A stretch of DNA of 64,000 bases from NCBI GenBank assembly GCA_030141605.1, contig JAQGDQ010000879.1:1-64000 (forward strand). Direction: 5' to 3'. Positions within the stretch are counted from its first letter, which is position 1. Every line of letters starts with the position of its first letter. The DNA comes from Tubiluchus corallicola (lineage: Eukaryota; Animalia; Priapulida). The notes under the pieces are model-generated. The model searched no databases. It saw nothing but the letters and a program-made list of their open reading frames with translations, and had not been told where the DNA came from. Of the stretch, positions 13,911 through 25,725 are shown one piece after another. The translations under genes were made by a program, and so were the position numbers.

Positions 13911-14002
13911 ATGCTTAAAGTAGGACTTAATGGTTTAGTTATATTTAATTTATCATGGAGAATGCTCTTCAATCTGCATTCGAATGGTCAACCAAATAGA
14001 GG
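13911..14002 (+). CDS. Weak candidate alternative first coding exon (MLKVGLNGLVIFNLSWRMLFNLHSNGQPNRG, phase-2 donor)
   Basis: Open from ATG 13911 (or ATG 13962) to GG|GTAAGT at 14003. A TATA-like TATAAATA lies at about 13773. Confidence 0.3.
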
Positions 14003-14459
14003 GTAAGTATGCTTAAGCTTGCAGGGATAAATGTACTTATCGTGGGTCTTATAATTTCTTGTGCTAGCAAGTCTTATTTTGTCGATATTTTTATCTGGCT
14101 AAATAATTGGCTGTCTATCTTTGTGCGCGTGATATTTTGACACGTCTGGTTCTATATTATTACCTGTAATTAGTTTCCATCGCCATCATCGTTTGACAGC
14201 TAGATTGTCTCCTCGTTAGAGAAAGACAGTGACGCGTATTAAATGCGTTACATCAAAAGCGTTGTCTCACAAGCTTTTGACCAAGGTTGGCACTTACAAC
14301 ATGCCTGGGTTTCCAATAATTGATTCTAGCTACATGCAGGATGCCAGGATCATAGAGAGCGTGTTGTTATTAGTTGGCATTGAGGAAGCAAGTAAACGTC
14401 TAAGATTAACGTTTTGATCATTACTATGATGCATGCCATTCTTTCAGCTATCACTGGGT

Positions 14460-14700
14460 GAATTATTAAAAATTATGTATTATATTTTAAACTGCTACTA
14501 GTCCAAAAATGTTCGTGTCAATTTACAGGGTCCGTCGTATCTAAGTAAAGTGTTTGTGATTAGCGTTTTTGTCATTGACTGCCGTAGCTTCTGCTATAAT
14601 GGGTAAATTATTAAATATAACACATTATATTTTTAACTACTACTAGTCCAAAAAATTTCGTGTCAATTTATAGGCTACGTCGTGACTAGGCAAAGTGTTC
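14460..14700. repeat. Diverged direct duplication (about 146-bp period)
   Basis: AATTATTAAA...CTACTAGTCCAAAAA..TTCGTGTCAATTTA.AGG...CGTCGT...AAAGTGTT is present twice. Confidence 0.85.
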
Positions 14701-16843
14701 GTCTTGTTGATGCCACCATTGTCAAATTGTCAAACTGTCAGAGATCAAAGAAAAAGTTAAGCATTTTTTACGGATTTTTAGTGAATTACAACATTTGACG
14801 TGCACTTGACACGTAGAGTACCGGTGTCTGAAACTTGGCTGACAACGAGCGACCACTGATAATATTTCAGTTGTCTTATAAAAAAACTAATATCCACAGG
14901 GCAGTAACATATTTATAATGCCCACAACCTCATAGCATTCTTCACTTGCGAAAAAGTTAAATCACTTTAAATTAAATTAGAATTAATCCAGCCTTTGTTT
15001 TTAATATTTTCCAAATTTACCCTCATTCTAACTTAATTTCACCTTAGTTAACTTTCTAGCAGATGAAAGTTTTAAGAAATTAATGTTTACTTATTATTTT
15101 TCACATAAGCTTCTGCGTCTATTAATCCTGGTTGCGGTTCATTTACATAACTAACTGCAAGAGGAGGTTACAAAACCGACGGGAAAAAGCGAAATAACTG
15201 TAAAAGTCGTAAGGTTAGCGGATGTGCAGTAAACGCACAATATGTTAGGTGGATAAGATTTGTTACATGGCTTTACTGACTAAGTGTTTTATTTTTACCT
15301 TGCCTGGCATCATTTTCGTCATTAGCTTCTTCTCATCTTACAGGATGAGTTGTACTTTACTAAAATTTTAGAACTTTGTTTAGGGTTGCCCATTCATGGC
15401 TTCCTCTTTTGTTGCGGCTGTTCTCAATTTACTCAAAGCGAATTTTTCCCCTCGAGCTCATAATTGCTGTCTGCAAGTTTAAGCTTAATTGGCTTCATCT
15501 TATTTCACGTATTACGTGCGTAAGTGCTTGGAAATAGTTTAATTTACAACGCCTCCATTAGTTTCTTTGTCATTTGCTGACACTTTTTTTCACTCCCAGA
15601 CTAACAACCAGTATTTTCTCGCGAACAACCTCATGAATATGTTTGCAGATTACTGTAAATTGGCATATGATGTAGAGCGAAAATAATTTTGACGAGTTAT
15701 TTTATCCGCTAGGAAGAATATCAGCGAGCAAAGTTAGGAAACATCGCGACAGATTTCTCTCGGTTTTGCAAGGTCACGAGCGTGTCTGATGCAGGGGAAC
15801 GCAAAAAGGAAAAGTAACAAAACTGGTAAAACTACGTTAAAAAGGTCATTATGACAGGTGTAAAAAGTCAGCGGTAAAGAAGGCAAAAGTAAACAAGGCA
15901 ATGGCAGCAAGGACAAAAATATGAAATAGAAAACAAAATTTAATGATAAAAAGTGTAACAAAAAATGAATTTCCAAATTTCACTTAAAATGTCTTTTAAA
16001 AAACAATTAAGTTTGATTTTATTTAATGCGCTGATGACGGCCTTATTGTATAATGAAGGCTCTTGTATTTACGCAGCAGTACTCTAGGCTCTTGGTCATA
16101 AAGGCGCCATCTATCTTGTTAAACATTCCGCAAGTGCAGGTTCAAGATATCTATGATAAATTATTTTTCGTAATCCGGCCGTAGCCACCATAGACAGAAC
16201 TTTCTAAACCCCAGAAAGTCAGTGCTTTCTTGGCCACATAGCTGATCCCAAGCGGGAGAATAGAAAGGATAATACGAACACTGGATGTGAGTGTCTGTGT
16301 AAATAATTCCAAGTAACAAAGTCCCGGAACTTCTGCTTCCGAAATGTTTTAGAACAATTATAAAGTTTGTAAAATTCTTTATAACAAGAACAATATCTGT
16401 TTCGTTAAACTACCCCCTATAATAAATTTCATTACATTTTTATTAAGAAAATCAACGTTTCCACTGCGCGGTAACAGTCATCTTCAGGAAATAAAAATGA
16501 TTAAAATAACGACTTGTAAACTCTTATCATGCCTTTCTTATTGCCATTTTTCAGTTTTTACGAACATTTCAAAATCCAGCGAGGTAGTGACACACATTTT
16601 CAAAACTGTCTTTGAAATTTTACCCGACAAAACAATTTTAAGCAAATGCTTAGTACGAATTTCTTCCTATAGGTGTCACAATTCTCAGCTTTGACTTGGC
16701 TTTCGTAGCAACTTGATAACAATGCGGCAAATAACTTACACGTTGCAATTAACGCGCCACAAGATGTTTAACAGAAGCCACACGACCCAACTAACACGCC
16801 ACAAGAAGTTTTGCCGAAATTGATTGCCCATATATACATTTTG

Positions 16844-17016
16844 ATGAGAAAAAGTTTATTGGGGAGAGTTGGAGTAGATCCTTGCTTCTTCAGTCAAGCA
16901 AATGTTGCCTTAGCAAGGGCTTATCCTTTCAACGATCAGCCCTTCACTGTTGTAAGTCACAAGGTGCATCGTGCAGCCAGCTGTGAAATGGAGAACCACA
17001 GAATAGGTAATAGAAG
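16844..17016 (+). CDS. Candidate alternative first coding exon (MRKSLLGRVGVDPCFFSQ...HRAASCEMENHRIGNR, phase-2 donor)
   Basis: ATG at 16844, 57 open codons plus 2 nt, then a strong donor AG|GTAAGC that supplies the ORF's TAA. More GC-rich than its flanks. Confidence 0.45.
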
Positions 17017-17409
17017 GTAAGCTATGATCTACGCTGCGATGAACCCAGCTGTAACTGTGTATGCGCCCGTTTGCGAGACGGGAGCGACAGGTTGATCCGA
17101 TCTCCGAACTCGACTTTTTAATTTCTAAAACATAGACTAAGTTTCAGCCCAGGCAATAGCGTCACTCGACGACATTTAGTTTTGAATAGAAGAAGTTACT
17201 AGAGACAGAGGCGATAGTTAGCATCCGATCACCGAGGTTCGAATTTATTTCTTTTATTAATGTATACTTAACTATACTATATAACTAACTAAATTTTATA
17301 CTTAACTATAGGCGTAAACTCGGTGTAATGCTGGTGGAATTTCCACTTAGCTTTTGTTCAGAAGCAGTTCTCAAGATAAAACTGAAATTCAAACAGTGTA
17401 GCTCGTCGA

Positions 17410-17901
17410 TTGATTTTTTAAATGTACTGCTTTACAACCACAGGGTTGTCACTAGGGTTATATTAAAATAGGGTTGTCATGTTTGATAAGCTAAATGAAA
17501 TACAGCTGCCTGAAAACCTCAATATAGCTGCCTTAGGAACTAATGATTTGTTGAAGTTGTTATTGTTTGGAAAAGATGAATTTAATTATGTTGTTAACTG
17601 TAAAATATTCCAATGTATACATGACTTTATATTTCTTACTAAGCGATTCCAGTAGTTTATATCTACTATGAGATGCGTCAGTCCTAAATATTCGTGCATT
17701 AATATTTTTTAACTATCATTTGGTACTAATATCAAGGTAATCTTGCAGCAAAACTTTCGGCTTGTGTAGGTATAGACAATTTTTACTGTAAATGTTTTTG
17801 TAAATAGTGTATATAGTTTGCTGGGGTGAGACCCTAAATCATGTTTTCAAACTGTCTGCTCCTGTCCTATAATACATTATGTTTAAACTAAACTAAACTA
17901 A
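17410..17901 (+). mobile_element. 5'-truncated CR1/L2-type LINE 3' end
   Basis: 17479-17655 translates to MFDKLNEIQLPENLNIAALGTNDLLKLLLFGKDEFNYVVNCKIFQCIHDFIFLTKRFQ*, matching the typical LLFG...N..IF....FI..TKRF ORF2 C-terminus of CR1-group elements. A 3' UTR follows and ends in an (AAACT)3 tail. Confidence 0.8.
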
Positions 17902-18175
17902 TCGCGACTACGTTGCAAATAGATATGATCTGCCAACTTGTTACTAGCATTTTCCCAGCCAGCAAAAAGAAGAAAAAAACATGCATGCCCAGAAATTCTC
18001 TACGCGTCTAATTTCACAGATTTTTTTTTCTGATTTTTGAAAGGGGCTTTATAAGTGCCTTTCGATCAGCCATTATATTAATCTCTTTAAACTGTTGATA
18101 CTTCCGCATGCCTGTTGGCAGAAAAAAAAACGGAACGAACTACGAACCAATCCTTATGAGAAAACCAATCAGCTA

Positions 18176-18232
18176 ATCAGGCATCATTAAGTCAATCATC
18201 AGGCATCATTAAGTCAATCATCAAGCATCATC
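18176..18232. repeat. 22-bp tandem repeat, about 2.5 copies
   Basis: ATCAGGCATCATTAAGTCAATC is repeated. Confidence 0.9.
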
Positions 18233-19055
18233 AAGGAACGTGTTTCTTATCGATGCTTTTTCTATTGTCTATTGTCTATTGTTTTTACCGCCCCTTCTGT
18301 TTTTTAAGACAATTCTATGCTATCTAACCTGAAATACTTCCTAACTGAGTTATTTAGGCGTAAACTTGCATTGGCGATCATTTTAATTTAAAGCCCATAA
18401 CTTTTTCACCAAAAGTGGATTTAAGGGTTTGCTGAAAATGTTATTCTTGACAATGTTCTTGACGGCATTTAAACTATCTTTGTCCGAGTTCATACCTTAT
18501 TTTTGCCAGGCTAAATGAACAATGCACGAATTAGCTAAATCATAAAACAACTATTATTTTCAAGTGTCGTCTGCATTCTTTTATGCCCTTAAAATTAGAA
18601 ACAAAGTTAAGGCGTTAAACATCGTTAAACTGTATTTTAAATTTTATTTGAAATATCTTTATTCTGTAAAGCATTAGGCATCATGATCGATGCCGAAGCA
18701 ATTCCAAAATAAATCTAAAAAAACATAGACAAAAATAAGCCCCCTTTTTACTTTGTCTATGATATTTGTCGATTGTTATGGCCATAAATAAAAGAGGAGC
18801 TCTGCTGTAAATCTCAATTCACATCACCAACATCATGCACGATGGTAATAAATTTGAGAAAATAATTGTCAAGCAATTATTCGAGAAAATAAATTAGCAA
18901 ATATTGCTTTTCACAGAAGTTTACGAACCACTAATAGAGAAATATGGCGCTGTTATTAGCCACTTGTTCACCTTATAGAAGCGTAGAAGGAGAATAAACT
19001 GAAGTGGTGACATCGACTTGGGTTACAAATAAATGTCAGCGACGTTTAATCTTAA

Positions 19056-19645
19056 AGGAAGACTGGATGAATTTTCATATACTACCACCAAGTCCGACTA
19101 AAGAATATATTTTAACATAATTAATACTGCAAAAGCGTTTCTGATAATTAAATAGTAGATTAAAAACTTCATTAACGGCCCAACTATTGATGACATTACA
19201 AACTAACGTAATTTTCAACAGCAAAAATATTCCTCCAGCGTGTTGCACGTGTTTGCGAAAGCGAAAATTGAAGTACAGTGCCACTGTAAGATATTAGGGT
19301 GTTGTACTAAAACTAGGTAAGTTTTAGGATAAAAACTCAAATTTCAGATTTACCGTTGTGCTCACGCATGAGCTGTCGAACGTGTGTAGTTCCTCAGAAA
19401 CTAACACTTCTGAACTAGGAGGTACAGCACCTGTTTTTTGTGCAACCCGTTCCGAAACGCAGGCGCTAGTGCATGTGACAAAATGCATGTAATAGCGAAG
19501 AACTAGCGACACAAACGTGAAATTATGTTTGTGTGGTAATAATTCTTTCACGTAAGTCATTTTTGAAAAAATAGTTTGTTTCCTTTCAATATTTTAAAAA
19601 GTAGATTGTTTTGATTTATAATTTAAGATTGGGTCCGGTTTTGCT
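19056..19645 (+). mobile_element. Kolobok-like non-autonomous DNA transposon, copy 1
   Basis: Colinear in reverse with 36015-36594 over its full length. Both copies are flanked by TTAA on each side, with AG...CT termini and imperfect TIRs (AGGAAGACTGGA / AGCAAAACCGGA). Confidence 0.85.
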
Positions 19646-20750
19646 TTAAAATATTGACCTAGAAGCAAGTAAGTAAATCGCCGATTTTTTATGTAATAAT
19701 GATTATGTTTCCCTGACTTTTCGTACAATTTGTAATCAGCAACGAATTCAACTTTTGAGATGTAGTTTAATGAGATGCTTTTGTGTGGTTTAATGATATT
19801 CTTTTGTGTGGGTTAATGAGGTGCGCTGAGTTTGGTACTGCTTAACTAAGTCGTGCCTGTAAGGTTAATAACTGTGGAATTACTGTAGGCCTAACAAGAG
19901 AAAACCAAGAATTCACATTTTTCTCATAGTTTTTGTTTATTGTGTTTAATTATTTGGTTCACATTTCTGTGTTGTTATTGTTTTAGGTCGAAAATTGTAG
20001 GCACGCATACATTTAATACTTTTTTGACTTTATATTAATATATGATAACTTTATCTATTATAATATTATTGTCTTTATATAGCTCATAGAGTGCTTTAGG
20101 AAAAATTATACTTTAGAGTATAAAACCATCAGAAAGATTTTCAAGTTACAAAAATTCGCAGACAGCAAAAACACTGTTAGCCAGCATAATTGAAATGCTA
20201 TAAAACACAAGAAGCCAGAAATGTAAGAAAGCAATAAATGACAATTAGTAAACCTTTTTCATTTTAACTATGCAATACTACGAGCGAACATCACGTTGGA
20301 GAATGTTTTAATAAGAAAATGGACATTCTCTTGAGGCAGCTTAAGCTACTCGAGGCGGATTTCTTACTGAACAGATGAAATAATTTATTCGAATTGTAAA
20401 GTTCGAAGTTTATGATTTGTCATAAAACTCGCATGTCTAACTGTAATGCCTGATAATATATAGGCTAATATATGCTTAAGACGTGGAATAACTGACTGAT
20501 AAAGGACAAGCAAGATTTCACAACATTATTGATTTCAAGTTATGTAAATATTCGGGTTTGTTTTCGTAACTGCCCTTGTTTATATTACAACTATTATGGA
20601 CGTACTAGTAATGGATATATGAATGTGAACAAGATAATATAGTAAAACAAGAAGACTTAATTTAAATCAGTAGTCGTAGTTTACCACTGTGATAATCAAG
20701 ACATTGTTTCGGTGAGCGGAACACTTGGTAACTGGATCCTGGATAACTCG

Positions 20751-20752
<2 letters not shown>

Positions 20753-20802
<50 letters not shown>
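20753..20802. repeat. (AT)n microsatellite
   Basis: Directly visible. Confidence 0.98.
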
Positions 20803-20804
<2 letters not shown>

Positions 20805-21931
20805 ATATCAAAGGTATATCATATATCCTTCATAATGTATATTCTTGATATCTATAATATCCTATATTTTCTTGATAGCCAGATATCCTACATATTCATA
20901 TATACATGTTTATCAAATATATATATATGGGTATTGAAGACTTAAATATATGAATATTTGCAAACTGTTTCGCAAATAAGCACTTGGTAACCCCTTTCCA
21001 AAAACGTTTTCAATGTTGAGAAATTGGACCTTTAGTAACTTATATACATGCGCATAAGCACATATGTTGAAAGTGTGACATTCCTTTTGCAATTCGGGAA
21101 CTTGGTGACTGCATTAAATCTCTATTGTAGCTCGCACTTTTGATACTTGCAATCTGGGCATTTTATTCATTTATTTGTTTTATTCACACCCATTAGCAAA
21201 ATACAGTCTATAATAAAAACAATATATATATATATATAACTGGTTGGCGAAAAAACAATATTTACAAGGGTGGCAAAAACACAAGAGATTAACTCTTACA
21301 TTATCTCTACATAACTAAACAATTGGTATCACGTAACTTGATAAGTAATAGTTGTAAGCCGAACACTTCGTAACCCAAACACTTAGTAACTCTCTTACTT
21401 AATTATTAACAAGTTTCTGGCTTACCATACGTTCGTGTTATCAAGTGTCAAAGTTACGTGTCATACGTTTGCGCAGGTATCAAAGGTTAGTAATTGTCCA
21501 GTCACCAAGCGTCCAGCGTTATCAAACGTCCTGGTTACCAAGTCTCTATGTTGCCGATTACCATTTACTAAATTACGGTACTGGTGACAAAATGACCATA
21601 ATTTACTGCAGAGTTAAGCAATACCCTGGATAAGTGCTGAATTAACACTTATCACGAATTGTCCTGTTACGAAGTAACCGATGTTTATTTAATTATGGGA
21701 TGTCGAGGTTACAATTGATCTTTCTTTATTAACGAATTAACCGAGATGAGTTGTGAGAGAGCAGAGAGTAGACGAGACAATAAAAACGAGAGAAACCATT
21801 GTGAAAAACCATTGTGAAAAACCATAAACGGATAAATAGATAAACCATTTTGTAATAAATCATCCACATATTCTCGCGAATACTATACGTATGATGAAAT
21901 GTCACTGAAATAATTTGCTTGTGATTTACAG

Positions 21932-21980
21932 CTCCTGTCTATGCTCAAATGCTGAACGTTGTACTTCAGATATCAATTCC
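21932..21980 (+). other. Candidate small exon (49 nt; 5' UTR or short coding)
   Basis: Acceptor TTGTGATTTACAG| and donor CC|GTAAGT. An internal ATG gives MLNVVLQISIP with a phase-2 exit. Confidence 0.3.
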
Positions 21981-24628
21981 GTAAGTGTTTGACGCTATAA
22001 ATCTTCAATAGGTTTTTTTAGTTGTTCGTCCATCCAAGGGATGGACACTTATGAAAAGGGCGGAAACACCTGGCAACTGCGTAAAACAGCCTACGAAAAC
22101 GGCAAGCCCGTTGCCGTGATTACAAAACCAGTGATTACAATCCATTTGTTGTTTCAGTGTTGATTTATGATTTGTAATTTATATGTTACGGTTGATTGTA
22201 CATTTCATTACATATGTATGTTATAAATCTTATTATACATGTATATTATACATCTTACCTTTAAATTTGCTGTCGTACAGATATGTTTTACTGTTCTAGT
22301 TATTAATTTTTGTATATTTGATTTTTCTGTATCTATATATAGATAAATAAATAAATATATAAATATCATTATATATACATGCATAATGATACGTAATGAT
22401 AATGATACATACTATACAAGCATACAAGCATAAAAGTTTACTACCCGTAAGCCTAATTACGCGGACATTTCAATGGACTTTCAACATGACAACTTTTTAG
22501 ACGACGTAATCTTCCCATAATATCCTAGTACAAACTCAGTTAATGGAAAACGTTGTCCCCTCATTAGCCTTTTGTCCATCGCGCTCAACCTTCTGAGAAT
22601 AAAAAAGAAATTTTGCCTATTTCCAGCAATACTGAGTGCATGGCAATACAATGCATGTTAAACCTTGTTCTTTACGTCTAATTCCATACGTCGTGATTAC
22701 AGCAGCCATGCAACATTGTTTAAGTTTAATGTTAATTGTACGATCTTGTATGTTTACGACAGCAGCATAATAGAAAAATAAACGTATTTGCCGTATACTA
22801 TATACTACTGTAGTGGTAACATTAGTTCACCTTGTGTATTGAAAATAAAAACAAATTTATTGCTTTTAGCGGTACAAGTAAGTAAATACATCTGGGGGCA
22901 GAGAAAAGCTATCATGTAAACCTATCGACCAAAGTAACAAGTCCTTCCAACCTATTAACATAACAAGTAGACCCTGCTAAAGAATACTGGATACTAGCCT
23001 GCAGTACGCCGCATAGTTTAAAAATAAATAAATAAATTTTCACTCAAGCATAGACAAATTAATAAATTTTCATTTGAATTTGCCTAACAGTCTATCTAGT
23101 TAAATTACAATTACTCCGCAGTTTTACGAATTCTTGGTTACAAAATTTCTCGCAACGAAGCAGTGAATATGTTTATAATGATAACTACAAACAGAAAGCT
23201 TCACGATGCTTTATAGAGAAGATGAGAACATCATTTTTCCAGTCAGTATTTTGTGCTCAGATATTGCCAAAAACTACCCCCCTCCGTAGACACGTTTTCT
23301 GAAGAAATATATTAGACAACGCTGGTACCAGAAATGTGACAAATACTTTGCTACGATCGATAAGAATTCTCTAATAATGTGTTTTTTCGGTATTTTTTAC
23401 TCTTTCTTGCTATCTTTGTAAGTAGAGAATAAAATGTTCATAAATGTTCAACAGATTTAACTGGTTCAATTTTTTGTATCTGCAATGGATTCTTTCGTTT
23501 TTCAGTGTGGAATGACCGCCAATAATTGTTGCAATCACAAAAGTAAAAAATCAAAGAAGAAAATTTGGGTTCTTGTCCAACTACAGCATAACATGCACTA
23601 ACACATGCGCATGCCATATACATTCGTTCATACATGTGGTGTGGACACAAGACCAATACCTCAATAAAAGGAAACGACTAAATTTAATATAATTTAGCGC
23701 CGTGATGAAGATTCACGAAAGCACTTACAGCCGAATATTAATATTAATGTATTCAGTTGAGTTTGCACCTATATGGAACATAATAGGCTTTGTTTTCACC
23801 CTCCTGTCTGACTAGAATTTGTCGCTTTAACATTCTCATCCATCATTTTAGAAAAATCAATTAAGTACACAAACCAAGTTCTAGGCTCCACGTCTTGCCT
23901 ACATCAAGTACTTTGCTCCTCGTACAAGTGCCGCTTCACATATTAATATTTATCAACTTTTCAATGCTTCCTGGATAAGGAGCAATCGACGACTGAACTT
24001 CCTCATGTTGTTTGACTAGGGAAAAAGACTGCACATCTATTACTTCAGAATAATTAAGTTTTTTTAATTATACAAGTCGTCCCACTGACATATTCATGAG
24101 TAATCTTATCTTTATTTTTTTTCGTGTAAACCTGTACTGACTTATTAGATGAACTCGATACTGCCACAATATGATTATGAAGAACCGATGTATTTCAGTC
24201 AGTAAAACCCGTAATCAATTTCTTAATTACTATATTGATTGTGTATTCTTATTTATACATAAAAGCCAACCTAACTGCTTTCAGGCATTTTGTAATATTT
24301 AAAAAATAAAATAAATAAAAATTAAATGCTGTGACTCATATCAAAGACTTCCCATCAAAGCTCACAGATTTCCAAATATTGTTTATTTTAAAATGGTTAC
24401 TAATGATTTTTTGCACTAAAACATCTTATGTCTGTTTGCTTTCAATGTTGTTAGCAGTGAAACTATCGAAGCAATGTAATACACAATGTAAAAAAATGAA
24501 AGGATGCAATAAAAAGCTCGACGCCACATAATGAACCTTACAGGAGTCAAGACGAAATATTATCAATAATAAGTACCAAGTGTTTCCCGTATCTAAATAT
24601 CAGCGTTTTTACGTTAGCTAACAAACGT

Positions 24629-24836
24629 TGACGTTAGGTAATTAGCAATGACGTCACTGTTGGTATAATTCTCCAATTGCTGGGCCTTTTGCATCTTTGT
24701 GAAAAGAAGGATACGACACTGCTGAGTTACATAAACCGAGAAACACGAAAACTCAGCAATTTAAGTTTACAATTTCAACTACAAGTTCAATACCGGGTTA
24801 ATGCGTGACGTAATAGTTGGGTCATGACTGACGTAG
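24629..24836. promoter_or_regulatory. Cluster of CRE/ATF sites upstream of the large exon
   Basis: TGACGTTA at 24629, perfect TGACGTCA at 24649, TGACGTAA at 24806 and TGACGTAG at 24829. Confidence 0.55.
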
Positions 24837-25725
24837 TTTCCTGTTATCCACAGTTTTGCTAGTCTATTATAGCGTCTATTTGTTACGCAATACGAATCGG
24901 AGAAATAGTCATTGCTGCCCATCTAGGAACTACTGAGAACGTGTAACATTAAAAACCCACTGCGATCATGGAAAATTGTAAACCTGCCTGCTTCTCTACC
25001 TGCTTATCTGCGTATGATGTAAGCCACGTCGAAGTAAACTTTGAGAGTAAAAACTTTTATTTCGTCTTTAGAATTTACTTGCATGCCTTGCGTGCACCTT
25101 GTATTGCAATCGTCTTTTGTGCAAACCGGGACAACTTATCAGCTTTTTCACAGACGGCTTTCATCTTCCTCTGCTGATTAACCTTGATACGCCTCATTTC
25201 CAATCCACATCTTTTGCGTGCTTATAAAAATCGACGTGCCGCGCGTATCCACGCTAGACCTGTTATTACCTCATGGGTGACTCCTGGTCTGTTTCGTACC
25301 GTGTGATCAATAAAACCTTTGAAAAACAACAACAGTTTAATCTTAAAAAAGAACGACTTGCCTTCGCTAGATCTCCTGTAGCTTCCCGATTCTTTTAGTT
25401 TGTCCATTTCTCATGTATTCTGTGTCTGCCTCTATGCTGATATTTCTCGCTTTAACCTAATTTTGCGAGAACGGGCAATAGAGTGCATGGTGATGGGCAC
25501 TCACGACTACTGAAGGCCTTCTGTATAAATTATTGTTGATGAAAGTAGAACGTGAGCGCAGAAATATTGCGGATTCTTTTCAGAAATATTTAAAATGTGT
25601 TAAATATTTGAGGGATGATGTTACATTAAAATCTTGATCGATGTTAATCTGATTAAGCAGACGGCGCATAACCTATAGAGGATTATCTTTTTTCATCTTA
25701 AGACGTTCTTGTTAATTTCAGAATC

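Noticed and set aside
17205-17245. tRNA or SINE head (GGTTCGAAT B-box-like motif)
   Set aside because: No cloverleaf, poor A box and no second copy in the window.
21350-21680. Possible MITE with CTTCGTAAC / GTTACGAAG inverted motifs
   Set aside because: Ends and TSD could not be defined; too degenerate to delimit.
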